This document shows positions 16,199-26,437 of a DNA stretch of 52,809 bases, piece by piece. The number at the start of each line of letters is the position of its first letter. Within the stretch, counting starts at the first letter, position 1. The stretch comes from an uncultured Candidatus Berkelbacteria bacterium (GTDB lineage: Bacteria; Patescibacteriota; UBA1384; XYA2-FULL-43-10; CAINNR01). The notes beneath the pieces were generated by a model. It ran no database searches and was not told the DNA's origin. It saw only the letters and a list, made by a program, of their open reading frames with translations. Position numbers and translations under genes: made by a program. The stretch is from contig CAINNR010000016.1 in assembly GCA_903851235.1 (NCBI GenBank), positions 1 to 52,809 of the forward strand, given 5' to 3'.

Positions 16199-18376
16199 CT
16201 ATTTCTCCACCAGTACTATGTCGGCAATGGCGTTCTCGCCGGAAATATTTGTAATTGTGATCGTATCGCCTTTTTTAACGCTGACTTCCCCCAGATCTTT
16301 AACAATAAATTTTTCATCTCCCGATTGTTTGGAAATTTGGAATTTGGAGTTGGAAATTTGAAGTTGGAAGCTACCGCCAACCCCTCCGTCCAAATATCGG
16401 ATGACTAAATCGCCGGATTCATCGGCCACAGCTTGGTGAGATAATACTGCGCCATTTTTCGTTGTATAAATAAAATCCTGCTGTAAATCAGCAAAGATCT
16501 TCTTGCGCCAAAAGGCGTATCGGCCGCGACTCCAGCCATCTTGATATTTATCAAACTCTGATGCCCAATCAGTAATCGGCAAAATGGTCGGATTTTTGTA
16601 CTGCTGTACTGTTTCTATATTCGAATTTTGGATTTGATTTGGAATTTGAGCTTTGTCATTTGAAATCTTGAAGATGTGAATCTTATCGCCAAAATCTTTG
16701 ACATCAACCAGGCCTTTTTTGCTCTTTGCCAAACCGAGCAAGTCCCTGTTATACCACTTGTCTCTGATACTTTGATCGGATTCCAGCCAGAGTCCGGAAA
16801 CCAAATCATATTTCGTCTCCAGGTCGGTTCGGACGATTAAACAATCAGCGCCGCCGTTTTGCATCAAAGATGCGACTTCGCCGTTGTCAGATTTTTCCAA
16901 AAATTGCGAACTCAAACGATTGCGGAAATACATCTCTCCAGATGGCGGTGTTAAAACCGACGCGCCATCGGTTAAATACGAAATTCCAAAAGCCGAAGCT
17001 ATTAGGTCTGAATTAGCGGCGTCAGCGGTTTTATCATCTTTAAAATAGACAAAACCAAGATTCAAAGGATAATAGGCTTTGGTGCAAAAATTCTTGTTTG
17101 ATGAAAGAAAATTTTGGGCTTGGCGATATTCCTCGGGAATTTGTTGTAAATGAAAATATCCCGCGTAGTTGAATGTTAAATACGGCAAGATAATAATGAA
17201 AGTAACGAATACTACCAACAGTTTTGTCGCAATTGATACCAAACGCTTGGATTGCAACCAAGAGAGAATTTGATTTGCGCCGATGGCAAAAAGAAAAATC
17301 AGCGCAAACGATAATAGAAATTCAAAGTGATAAGTTTCACGGAATAAGGCAATTTGCGGAAAGTGGTTAAAAACAAAAGTGTAGAGTGATGTGAATTTTC
17401 CGGTTGGACCGACTGTGAAAGGCAAAATTAATACTGAGGAGAGAATTAATCCGAGAGTTAAGGAACGGTTTTTGCGATCGAAAATTGACAACACGGCGAC
17501 CAGGTATGCCAAACCAAATCCAAGAACAATGATTAACTTTCGCGAAAACGGATAAAAATAACTGACGGTAATGCTGTGATCAGAGAGCATCAAAACATTT
17601 CGCAAACTGTGCGGCAAATCGGCAATGAATTTCAGCGTTACCACTTCGCTTCCAGTTGGAACCGAGTTGCTCGAACCGTGGATCAATCCGACAATAAACC
17701 AGGGCAAAATCAGAATCGCCAACGATGAAATTGTTAAGAGAAAATTTTTCAAAACTACTTTGTTAGCAGTGAAAATCAAATGGATAATTAAAAATAGCAC
17801 TGTCAAAACTCCGGCTTGAAATTGAGAAAAAATCAACGACAGAAGCAGTGCGGATAATAAATACTGCCAAAAGTTTTTTTTCGCTATGAAATAGATGATG
17901 AGAAATATCGGCAGAACAGCATATGCGACAATTGAGTAAGTGAAACCGATTATTGTCCGAATAAATATGTAGGGCGAAAAAGCGTAGGCCAAACCGGTAA
18001 CAAAAGCAACGAATTTAGATTCGATTTTGTTTTTGGCCAGGAGAAAAAAACCGTAGCCGGCGCAAACATGAGCCAAAAGCAGAAATATTTTTAAGCTAAT
18101 TGATGGTGAGATGTTAAAAACTCCGGGCAAGCCTAAAATCGCCTGAGCATATTTTCCGATAATACTGGCAATGCCAAGCGAACCGTTTAGAAATAATCCG
18201 GACCAAAACTGTTTGACGCTGAAAAGCGGCCAGCCCCAGTCATATTTCAGCGGAACGCCTTGCTGGCGAAAAATCGGAAACAAAAAAATGACTGAGATTA
18301 AAATATAGGCCAAAAGCGGCCAGTAATCCCCCAAAAATACTACGATTTTTGATTCGGCTGATTTTTTTGACTTCAT
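16199..18376 (-). CDS. Large multi-TM protein, putative GT-C glycosyltransferase (YfhO/AftD-like)
   Basis: YDWGWP loop after TM1, YAFSPY, FRETYHF; many TM helices followed by an extracellular domain. Confidence 0.6.
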   Translation of the reverse strand: MKSKKSAESKIVVFLGDYWPLLAYILISVIFLFPIFRQQGVPLKYDWGWPLFSVKQFWSGLFLNGSLGIASIIGKYAQAILGLPGVFNISPSISLKIFLLLAHVCAGYGFFLLAKNKIESKFVAFVTGLAYAFSPYIFIRTIIGFTYSIVAYAVLPIFLIIYFIAKKNFWQYLLSALLLSLIFSQFQAGVLTVLFLIIHLIFTANKVVLKNFLLTISSLAILILPWFIVGLIHGSSNSVPTGSEVVTLKFIADLPHSLRNVLMLSDHSITVSYFYPFSRKLIIVLGFGLAYLVAVLSIFDRKNRSLTLGLILSSVLILPFTVGPTGKFTSLYTFVFNHFPQIALFRETYHFEFLLSFALIFLFAIGANQILSWLQSKRLVSIATKLLVVFVTFIIILPYLTFNYAGYFHLQQIPEEYRQAQNFLSSNKNFCTKAYYPLNLGFVYFKDDKTADAANSDLIASAFGISYLTDGASVLTPPSGEMYFRNRLSSQFLEKSDNGEVASLMQNGGADCLIVRTDLETKYDLVSGLWLESDQSIRDKWYNRDLLGLAKSKKGLVDVKDFGDKIHIFKISNDKAQIPNQIQNSNIETVQQYKNPTILPITDWASEFDKYQDGWSRGRYAFWRKKIFADLQQDFIYTTKNGAVLSHQAVADESGDLVIRYLDGGVGGSFQLQISNSKFQISKQSGDEKFIVKDLGEVSVKKGDTITITNISGENAIADIVLVEK
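16329..16370. repeat. Six tandem imperfect 7-mers inside a CDS
   Basis: ttggaaa tttggaa tttggag ttggaaa tttgaag ttggaag, 42 nt, encoding FQLQISNSKFQISK. Confidence 0.7.
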
Positions 18377-18390
18377 TTTAGCGGCTAATC
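18358..18390. repeat. 33-bp direct repeat, left of the AbiE module; contains the start codon of 16199-18376
   Basis: 30/33 identical to 19945-19977. Confidence 0.8.
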
Positions 18391-18399
18391 ACAATCGGA

Positions 18400-19197
18400 T
18401 TATTGATCGTTTGATTCGTCTTTTTCCAACATCTGCTTAAAAAAATGATTAAAATTTACTACTCGTTCGACTTCTCGTGGATTTATTAGGAACGGCTCAA
18501 CCTCTTTGGCTAAGGCTTCGAAATCAATATCCCGACAAAATTTAAGAAATTCTGTTTTCAATTCCTTGCTATTTGAAATCTTCATTTTGCTTTTCAGATA
18601 ATCATAGTTAGGCTTGGTATCGCGCAAAAGAAAAATGATATCAAAAAAATCACGCCCTTTTGCCCTCTTCCTCTCGGTTGCTGCAAAGATTTTTTGAGAG
18701 AGTAAAATATCCTTTGGTGTAATAAATATATTGGTAAAAACGTCAAATTTGTTGAGCTCGAATATCTCAGGAGTATATTTATAATTGTGAGGCATTGTAT
18801 CTAATTGAATAAGTAGTTTTTCCTCTTCTAGACCGGAAAGTTTGTTATCAAAAAGTAACCTTGGAATTTTTACATAGCAATGGTAAGCGCCTTTATAGAT
18901 ATTCCTGATCTCGACAACATATCCTTCAAGAATCAACTCTTTCTTAATCAATGCAGCTATCTTTTCAAAATCATCAACTGACAAATTAAAATTATCAAAA
19001 TCAATATCCTCTGAAAAACGCTGGCTACCATAGCAAATTCGCAGAGCTGTTCCACCCAAAAAGGAAAGCTTATTTGCGTAAGATGAATTAAAGATAATCT
19101 CCAAAATTTTATACTGCAAATACTCTCGCAAGAGAGATTTTGGAAGAGTATATAACTTCTCTGGGTAAGATTGTTTTATCTCATTCAGGCTGATCAT
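18400..19197 (-). CDS. abiEii: AbiEii-family nucleotidyltransferase toxin (type IV TA)
   Basis: FLGGTALRICY...RFSEDIDF; K......R.KGRDFFD. Confidence 0.9.
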   Translation of the reverse strand: MISLNEIKQSYPEKLYTLPKSLLREYLQYKILEIIFNSSYANKLSFLGGTALRICYGSQRFSEDIDFDNFNLSVDDFEKIAALIKKELILEGYVVEIRNIYKGAYHCYVKIPRLLFDNKLSGLEEEKLLIQLDTMPHNYKYTPEIFELNKFDVFTNIFITPKDILLSQKIFAATERKRAKGRDFFDIIFLLRDTKPNYDYLKSKMKISNSKELKTEFLKFCRDIDFEALAKEVEPFLINPREVERVVNFNHFFKQMLEKDESNDQ

Positions 19198-19807
19198 TGA
19201 ATATATCGTTAATTAATAAACTGACTCTTTTCTTTAGCGGTTTGTCTTTAATTAAACTTAGATAATTACTGACTTTTGCCTTTGATATCAATTTTCTGGC
19301 CAGCTCTTTATTTATTCTTAGCTCGTAGAAATCATCTTGACTTTTTAATTCCGGACGAAGATAGAGATAATCAATTATTGCCTTTTCCGGTTCAGCCATT
19401 TTTATCTCGTTTTCAGCCTGTTTGATCAGCTTATATCCAAAAAACATCGAGGGCTTAATTTTATTATAAGTAAACAAAGCAAGCGGGGTTTCAAACTGAA
19501 TTTTTCTTTTACTTGAAACTGCGGTGATCGAAAAAACTCCTTCGGGAATAAAACCGTAATATGATAGCGCTGATTCCAGTGAGACATAACTCGGCTCTAA
19601 CAATTTATTGGAAATAAAAAACATCTCTGTTTCACCAAAAGAATTATCGGGAAAATAGTAATGCTTATTAATAATTTTTTTAATATAGCCTTTTTTAATC
19701 CATTCACTGATACGTCGCAGATCAAAATTTGCCTGGTATTTTTTAATATCAGTCAATGAAAAAGTAATATAGTTACCAAATAGGTTTTTGAGCTCGATAT
19801 ATTTCAT
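19181..19807 (-). CDS. abiEi: AbiEi-family antitoxin/regulator
   Basis: PSYVSLESALSYYGFIPE; AEPEKAIIDYLY; overlaps abiEii. Confidence 0.85.
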   Translation of the reverse strand: MKYIELKNLFGNYITFSLTDIKKYQANFDLRRISEWIKKGYIKKIINKHYYFPDNSFGETEMFFISNKLLEPSYVSLESALSYYGFIPEGVFSITAVSSKRKIQFETPLALFTYNKIKPSMFFGYKLIKQAENEIKMAEPEKAIIDYLYLRPELKSQDDFYELRINKELARKLISKAKVSNYLSLIKDKPLKKRVSLLINDIFNDQPE

Positions 19808-19809
19808 AT

Positions 19810-19867
19810 ATATGTTATATTTAACATATTACATAAACATTCTATCAAAGATAAAAATTAGTGTCAA
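19810..19867 (-). promoter_or_regulatory. abiE promoter with a palindromic operator
   Basis: TTGACA(19867-19862)-N17-TAGAAT(19844-19839); palindrome atatgtta-tatt-taacatat at 19810-19829. Confidence 0.65.
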
Positions 19868-19944
19868 GCAGACTACATTTCATTTTCTTATCATTTTTAA
19901 TAACTTAATGAAATTTAATACAAATGAATAGCTCTGGTGATACA

Positions 19945-19977
19945 CTGATTCTTCTGACTTCATTTTACCGGCTAATC
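19945..19977. repeat. 33-bp direct repeat, right of the AbiE module
   Basis: ctgattcttctgacttcattttaccggctaatc versus 18358-18390. Confidence 0.8.
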
Positions 19978-20037
19978 GTAGCAAATTTGGTCGAGAATTA
20001 AAAGCGCCCCGACAGAAGCCGGGGCGAAGAGAAAAAC

Positions 20038-21180
20038 TTACGGACTCTTCGGTTCGTCAGCCAGACGAACATCAAACAGCCGATAATCAAGGTTCTGATA
20101 TTTTGCCAGAAAATTGGCGGCAAACCGATCTCTGCCTCCCGGATTGTAAAAATGGACAATCAGACTTCCGCCGCGACCGCCGGCTCCCGTAACACAGATA
20201 CCGGAAGATTCTCTGGTCTCCAATATTATCTCCTCTGCAACACTGTTAATCAGATCCGGATGCAAATCCATCTGGCAAGTCTTAAGTTGGGATAAAACCT
20301 TAGTAAACAAATCGACATTGTCCAGTCTGAGCGCTTCCGCCATCAGAGCAGCAGTCATGCCGATATTTCTCAACTTATCTGTCGCCAACTTTTCATTCTC
20401 ACGTAGTTTATCACCAACCATTTGGTGGATATCGGAGGAGTTGTGCCCACCAAGATAGACAACAACAGCAGTTTCGAAAAGTCTGCGAACATTATTACCG
20501 ACAACCTCCGGTGAAACACTGAAGGCATACAAATCTTCAATTCTGATATACTGACAAGCGCTTGGCTTCAGACTCGATCCCTGTGTCGCGGCGATTTGGT
20601 CCTGATTACCGGTTTTGACACAAAGGATCTTGTCCTCGACGAAAACTGCCATTCTGGCGATCTCATCGGCCGGATAATCAGAGCCGAGAAAGGCCCGAAG
20701 AATCGCGACTGAGGTTGCCGCCGAGGTTCCGAGTGAGGCACCCGGCCCAATCGGACTGGAAATCGACAGATGAATATCGCCAGCCGGAATTCTGCTGAAA
20801 TCAAGCAGACTCAAAACTGCCAACGGCAACTCTCTTTTGTTAAAATCACCGGCAGCCAAAGCTTGACGGTCGGCAAAACAGTCAAACTTCGGATCCGATC
20901 CGGCGGAAACGATTATCTTGCCAGCCTCTGACGACCGCGACTCGCCGATATGAGCAAAGACCTGCAAGCCCTTGAACTGGCTTTTTTCTCCGTGAGGCCG
21001 CAAGTAACCGGAGAAATTCAAAACACTTCCCTGCCCAACCAAAGTTCTGGCCAACGGAGTGTCCGACCACTTCCCTGGATCATCCAAGCGAACCGGAACC
21101 TCAGCAAAATAACCTCGAACAATTCTTGGCTCTGAGACAGCCACCGGTTTCATCTGTTCCATCATGCTCACCTCATTCAT
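20038..21180 (-). CDS. GHMP-family sugar kinase (HddA-like)
   Basis: VPVRLD, PIGPGASLGTSAA, GNQDQ, TGAGGRG; cgccccg hairpin terminator at ~20006-20036. Confidence 0.8.
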   Translation of the reverse strand: MNEVSMMEQMKPVAVSEPRIVRGYFAEVPVRLDDPGKWSDTPLARTLVGQGSVLNFSGYLRPHGEKSQFKGLQVFAHIGESRSSEAGKIIVSAGSDPKFDCFADRQALAAGDFNKRELPLAVLSLLDFSRIPAGDIHLSISSPIGPGASLGTSAATSVAILRAFLGSDYPADEIARMAVFVEDKILCVKTGNQDQIAATQGSSLKPSACQYIRIEDLYAFSVSPEVVGNNVRRLFETAVVVYLGGHNSSDIHQMVGDKLRENEKLATDKLRNIGMTAALMAEALRLDNVDLFTKVLSQLKTCQMDLHPDLINSVAEEIILETRESSGICVTGAGGRGGSLIVHFYNPGGRDRFAANFLAKYQNLDYRLFDVRLADEPKSP

Positions 21181-21286
21181 CTGATATCATGTCGTATATT
21201 ATCGTATCTTTTTACTTTTTATTTGTCAATATCAAAATTAGTCGCAACAGCAGGGGCAATTTGCGATTTTCTAAATAGAGAACAAA

Positions 21287-21877
21287 CTATTTAAACTTCA
21301 TATTTTGGGCTTTCGCTCTGGTTTTCGAATCAAAGCGATATTTGATAATTTTTGCCGGCACTCCGCCGACAATCGCAAACGGCTCGACATCTTTCGTTAC
21401 TACGGCGCCGGCGGCAACGATTGCGCCCCGACCGATAGTAACCCCCGGCAAAACAACAACATTGGCACCAAGCCAAACATCATCAGCGATTTTTACCGCC
21501 GCTTTTTCAAATCCTTGGGCTGAAATCGGCCGACTCCAGTCGGAGAATTTATGATTTAGAGTTAGAATCGATGAATTTTGGCCGATCCAAACGTAATTCC
21601 CAAGTGTCAGGCCGGCGATGCTTTCTATGTGGCAGTTGTGGCTGAGAAAGATATGGTCGCCACAGGTTAAATTTTCGCCGCCGATATAGCAGTAGTCGCT
21701 AATACAAACATCGTGACCGAAAGAGATTCCGCCGGGACCGGCCAGAGTGCAACCGCGGCCGATTCGCAATGATTTGCCTGATCGGATAAAAAATAACTTC
21801 CAAAAACAGGCTCGCCAGTGACCAGCTAATGAATTGAAGAAATTGTAGATTTTTCTCAAACAAGAATTTAATTTCAT
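21287..21877 (-). CDS. Hexapeptide-repeat sugar O-acetyltransferase
   Basis: [43 protein letters not shown]. Confidence 0.9.
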   Translation of the reverse strand: MKLNSCLRKIYNFFNSLAGHWRACFWKLFFIRSGKSLRIGRGCTLAGPGGISFGHDVCISDYCYIGGENLTCGDHIFLSHNCHIESIAGLTLGNYVWIGQNSSILTLNHKFSDWSRPISAQGFEKAAVKIADDVWLGANVVVLPGVTIGRGAIVAAGAVVTKDVEPFAIVGGVPAKIIKYRFDSKTRAKAQNMKFK

Positions 21878-21916
21878 CTGATTTATTGTTTAGGGTCTAC
21901 TACTCACTAGCTTTTA

Positions 21917-22261
21917 TTAATCTTCTTCCTCGGTTTTTGTCATTGTCATTTTTATGACTGAAATAAAGAAAAACAGCATTGCTCCAAGTGAAAACTGATC
22001 AGTTAAATCAGACTTTTTCAGTACTATCGATAGGGACATCAAAACGAAAAAAACGAATGCCCATACTGCAATCTGTCTGCCACTGGGGCTTGCAAATATC
22101 GCCCAAATCGCTAGCAAAAAAACAATTATTTGGATTGGATGCCAATTTAAATACAGACCCAAACATCCGGAGAAAAACAAAAAAATGTATCTGAGGTCAG
22201 GAATATTATCCGCAATAATATTGCGGCTGTTTTTAATTTCCATTTTTTTAACTTTTTTCAT
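21917..22261 (-). CDS. Small multi-TM membrane protein
   Basis: About four hydrophobic segments; coupled to the upstream gene (ATGA overlap). Confidence 0.6.
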   Translation of the reverse strand: MKKVKKMEIKNSRNIIADNIPDLRYIFLFFSGCLGLYLNWHPIQIIVFLLAIWAIFASPSGRQIAVWAFVFFVLMSLSIVLKKSDLTDQFSLGAMLFFFISVIKMTMTKTEEED

Positions 22262-23805
22262 TTTTGCTTAATTACCCCGGTTATTCCAAGGTCGCTGACT
22301 CCGAAAACTTTGTTGCTCTTCCCAATATCTTCCTGGTCATAAGTAAATTTTAAATACAAAGTCGTTGATTTCCCATCACCGACAACTGACTGACCGAACC
22401 AATCGCCGCCGCCGGCTGGATCTTGTGGTTGTATCTTTTTCCAATTAATATCATCGAACGAGTAATAGCCGATGGTATTAACGGAATACCCGCCAAGTTG
22501 CTTGTATTTGATTTCAAAAGTATCAAAAGCTGTCAGAGTATCAAATTTATAGGAAAAACTCGCCTGACCGCTTGCCGGGGCCGAGACGGCATCACTTATG
22601 TAATCAAGATATGGCAATTGATTTGAGCTGGAGCTGTTTCCAAAAATATCCAAATAATCATTGGCCGAGCGGCTGAATTTATAGCGATATAGTTTGTTGC
22701 CCTGCCCCAAGTCTTCAATAACCGCATTGTATGGTATTTTGCTGCCGTTCTCAATAACCGGCTGAGCCGATTCTATCTGAAAAAACAAGTCGCCAATTGT
22801 TTTATTCGATCCGATGATATAAGCACCAGCAATCGGATAACTTGAGTTATTACAAGAGCCTAAAATTCTAATCGAATTGAAATAGTTTGTTTTGACCGCA
22901 AAGTTATCAATGGCCAAAAAGTAATACTGGCCTTTTTCCAAATTGCTCGCCAATGGGAAACGATAAGTATTTTTTTTCGTCGAATATTTATCCAAATCGG
23001 AGGGATCGAATTGGAAACTGGCAAGAACCGTCGGATCAATGGTCAAATTGCCACTGTTTAAACTGGCCTTTTTCAGCGTTAATTGATAATTGCCTAAACC
23101 GCCGGTACCGACAGTGTCCAACGCCAGATTAACCCAGCTGACATTGTCACTTTGTGCGGAAAAAACCTGTCCGACACCGGCTTTACCAAAACCAAATTTA
23201 AACAAAAGGTCATTATCGGAATCCATTTCTGACGTGACTTTTGTCCCGAGACTATTGCCAAAAATTGTCGACGCCAGTCCGGATAAACACTGATCACTCT
23301 GACAATTCAGTCGAGATAGAGAAATATCGCCAACTTTGATTATCGGGTCATAATTTGGATCATCTCTTTGAATTATGAAATAGGAAAAACTTCCATTGGT
23401 TTTGAAAGTTAAATCTTTCGCCTCAATTTTTCCGTCTTGAGCAACTGAAATATCAGATAAAGTTTGCCTGGCACCTCCGTCGCCGGCAAGTATTAGACGG
23501 ATTTTTGATTTTTCAGCCGTCGTCGCATTTACAGTTGCTCTTATGGTGAAAAACAGATGATAATAGTCGCCGGTATTTGAGATAAGGACTTTGTCAGTCG
23601 AGACGGATCCGGCCCCCGAATCAATGGTAAAAATGTTGTTTTGAATTTCTGAGATCTGTTCTTGATAAGATTTTATCACCAGACTATTGTCGCCCGGATC
23701 AAGATTTTGCATAAAGAAAAAAGCAAAAACCATAATCAAAATTAGCAGAATATATTTCCAGTATTTGATAAGCAAATTGATGATCGGCTCTTTAACTTTT
23801 TCCAT
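22258..23805 (-). CDS. Membrane-anchored extracellular beta-rich hypothetical protein
   Basis: Single N-terminal TM helix; 515 aa; overlaps both neighbours in the operon. Confidence 0.7.
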   Translation of the reverse strand: MEKVKEPIINLLIKYWKYILLILIMVFAFFFMQNLDPGDNSLVIKSYQEQISEIQNNIFTIDSGAGSVSTDKVLISNTGDYYHLFFTIRATVNATTAEKSKIRLILAGDGGARQTLSDISVAQDGKIEAKDLTFKTNGSFSYFIIQRDDPNYDPIIKVGDISLSRLNCQSDQCLSGLASTIFGNSLGTKVTSEMDSDNDLLFKFGFGKAGVGQVFSAQSDNVSWVNLALDTVGTGGLGNYQLTLKKASLNSGNLTIDPTVLASFQFDPSDLDKYSTKKNTYRFPLASNLEKGQYYFLAIDNFAVKTNYFNSIRILGSCNNSSYPIAGAYIIGSNKTIGDLFFQIESAQPVIENGSKIPYNAVIEDLGQGNKLYRYKFSRSANDYLDIFGNSSSSNQLPYLDYISDAVSAPASGQASFSYKFDTLTAFDTFEIKYKQLGGYSVNTIGYYSFDDINWKKIQPQDPAGGGDWFGQSVVGDGKSTTLYLKFTYDQEDIGKSNKVFGVSDLGITGVIKQK

Positions 23806-26317
23806 TGTTTTTCCTGATAATATTCCTCAATAGAAATCCCAAACTTGTGGCTAAAGTTAAGAGTGTCACAAAGCCAAATATATAATAAAGTCGCTGTGGC
23901 CAAAATTCCATCACCAACTCAAAATCATAGCTGCCATCCGAATTTTTAACACAACTGTATTGCTGGCAGAATTTTCCCGGATTAATCAGCCAACTATTGG
24001 CGTATCCGTTAGCCGGAATATGAGCATAGCCAGCAGATAACGGTTTCCTGAACCAGGTTTCAAAAACAGAGCCATTAGGCAAGTTGTCATTTTGGATAGT
24101 GCCCTTAAAATTTTTTGAAACAAAATTACTGCCGAGATTACTAATCAAACCTTGATTAATAAAGTCGCTAAGCTCTGCTGTTGTCGCTTGGTCAGTGGAA
24201 TTTCCGGCAACTTGTTGATCTGATGTTTTGTCAATCGATTTTTTGTAATTTTCCGGATAAAGTCGCCAAGAATCGTTATAAGATTCAGAAAAAACCAAGG
24301 GGAAATCACTCGTCGCTTTGTGAACGCGGACTCGAAATCTTGTCGGGCTGATTTCTTTGTATTCAACAGTTGGGGGCGAATCGACCTTTGTTGGCATGTC
24401 GGCCAGAAGTTTATCCAAAACTCCATCTTTGTTGAAATACAACACCTGACGATTATCAGTGATTGATTTATTGATCACTGTTGGTAAATCGGAAACCGAT
24501 AGTTTTGAGATAATAATTTTCGTCGGAGTATAAATGTGTGGCAGATAGAATTGATCCGCAATTTTATAGAGTGTGAAATAATCATTTTTCTTGACTTCAG
24601 TAATAAAACCTTTGTTGACATAATCCTTAATTTTGTCGGAAGTCTGAGCGATAAATTTTGGATCAACATCAGTGTGATAGATAAAATAGCGACCGTTCAT
24701 TAGACCGAGAAAAGGCAGGAACCAGTTGGAATCCTCCGGGCTCTGACGACTCCAAAGTTTTCCATAATTCCAATCACCAAAAATTGAGAAGGCGTTCATT
24801 TGCGTCGTCGGTTTATTAAATAGCTGAACCGTCGGGTCAACCCCTATTAACTTCCATTTCGGCAAATTGACCCAACCAACAGAGTTGATAACACTGTATG
24901 GACCAGAGACTATACGATCAAGCAGTTTCTCCTGATTTAATTGATCGGCAATCTCCCGATAGTCATTTGGAATTTTTACCAAAGAACTATTTTCAGCGGT
25001 CAGATAATTTTGACCCTTCAGGTGAGCTTCAGAATAAAAAGTTTGAATATTGCCTTTGACAAAAGGGATAGCAGAAAGAAAAGAAACAAAAATCGCTAAA
25101 ACGATAATCAATTTCAACGGCTTGGTTTGCCTGGGAAAAATTAAAACAATCGGAAGCAAAATAAGAAAAGGCATAAATATGGCAGCCTTGTCATAACTCC
25201 GAAGCGAGCCTAAAATAGGATTTTTAAATATCGACCAAATAATACCCGGATTTATAATCCCCGCTCCCTTGTTCAACAAAAAGATACAAACCAAGAGTAG
25301 CAAAAGAAAAATTTTCTCCTGCTTGGTTATTTTTTTTTGAAAACCGAGCAACAACGTCAGAGAGAAAAACAACCCGCCGGCAAAAAATGTCAGCAGTTTT
25401 AGATTGGTTGGGTTATTTATTATATCGCCTAAAAAATAAACCGTAGGAACACTGGCCGCCTGCCACAAAATCCACGATCGCAGATCAAACAAAGCCGTTC
25501 CAGTTGCAAATGAACCAGAAAGTCGAAGCATCTCCTGTATCTGCGGAATTACCGACCAGCTGGTGGAGAGAAGGAGCAAACCGGCATAAAGCAGAGCATA
25601 TTTCAGATATTTTTGAATTTGGAGTCGATCACGATTGAAGATGTAAATTAAGACAATCAGAATCAGCAGTAAAATACATTGGGCGATAAAAAAAGCTAAA
25701 TTGGCATTCGAGATATTGCTAAGAAAAAATATTACCACTAGAAACGGTAGCAATTGCAAAGCACTTTTTCGGTTGAGATCGGTGAAATATCGGTAAGTCA
25801 GGGCAAAGAAGATCGGGATCAGAGGATAAAGAAACAAAAACGGTTGACTATATCCCCACATTCCGGCAAAGTAACGCAAAGTATAAATATTAAAGGTGTA
25901 AGAAAGGGCAAATAAAATTTTAACCCAATCAGAAATTCCAGATTCAGCTGTATCAAAAAACCGCAACGACAGATAGAATGACCAGAAAGATGCTATCAAA
26001 AACAACAGAATCAAAAGGCTTGCTTGATTTTGTAACGAGAGTTTAAGAATTGAGTTGAGAAAATTAATAGCGTAGTTGTACAAGCCATAGCAATAATTGC
26101 TATTGAAATTTCCTTCGCTGGTAGAATTAGCCCAAAGATAATTTCCGCTCTGGATCATTTTTGACCAATTGATTGTTTGCGAGGCGTCTCCACCAGAAAC
26201 AATATACCCAAGTGGCAATCGGTTGACAACAGCGGAATAAATGATGACCAATTGACTAAAGATTAGTAAAAAATACTTGTTGGAAAATATCAATTTAATT
26301 CTAGAAATTAGATTCAT
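23792..26317 (-). CDS. Large multi-TM protein, putative GT-C glycosyltransferase (YfhO/AftD-like)
   Basis: SGGD loop, YTFN, LRSYDK; C-terminal LVFSESYNDSW...ANGYANSW..F.PQ plus TM; start set at ATG 26317. Confidence 0.65.
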   Translation of the reverse strand: MNLISRIKLIFSNKYFLLIFSQLVIIYSAVVNRLPLGYIVSGGDASQTINWSKMIQSGNYLWANSTSEGNFNSNYCYGLYNYAINFLNSILKLSLQNQASLLILLFLIASFWSFYLSLRFFDTAESGISDWVKILFALSYTFNIYTLRYFAGMWGYSQPFLFLYPLIPIFFALTYRYFTDLNRKSALQLLPFLVVIFFLSNISNANLAFFIAQCILLLILIVLIYIFNRDRLQIQKYLKYALLYAGLLLLSTSWSVIPQIQEMLRLSGSFATGTALFDLRSWILWQAASVPTVYFLGDIINNPTNLKLLTFFAGGLFFSLTLLLGFQKKITKQEKIFLLLLLVCIFLLNKGAGIINPGIIWSIFKNPILGSLRSYDKAAIFMPFLILLPIVLIFPRQTKPLKLIIVLAIFVSFLSAIPFVKGNIQTFYSEAHLKGQNYLTAENSSLVKIPNDYREIADQLNQEKLLDRIVSGPYSVINSVGWVNLPKWKLIGVDPTVQLFNKPTTQMNAFSIFGDWNYGKLWSRQSPEDSNWFLPFLGLMNGRYFIYHTDVDPKFIAQTSDKIKDYVNKGFITEVKKNDYFTLYKIADQFYLPHIYTPTKIIISKLSVSDLPTVINKSITDNRQVLYFNKDGVLDKLLADMPTKVDSPPTVEYKEISPTRFRVRVHKATSDFPLVFSESYNDSWRLYPENYKKSIDKTSDQQVAGNSTDQATTAELSDFINQGLISNLGSNFVSKNFKGTIQNDNLPNGSVFETWFRKPLSAGYAHIPANGYANSWLINPGKFCQQYSCVKNSDGSYDFELVMEFWPQRLYYIFGFVTLLTLATSLGFLLRNIIRKNNGKS

Positions 26318-26345
26318 AACATAAATAGATGTTAGAAATAAACTT

Positions 26346-26399
26346 CCCACGACCTTACGGTCGGGGATCTAAGTGAGGAAGATTAGAGATTTAATCTTC
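26346..26399. repeat. Two short palindromes (REP-like)
   Basis: cccacgacc-ttac-ggtcgggg; gaagatta-gagatt-taatcttc. Confidence 0.45.
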
Positions 26400-26437
26400 A
26401 AAGAGATATTACCACGATCAAGTCAAAAAGAACAGCA

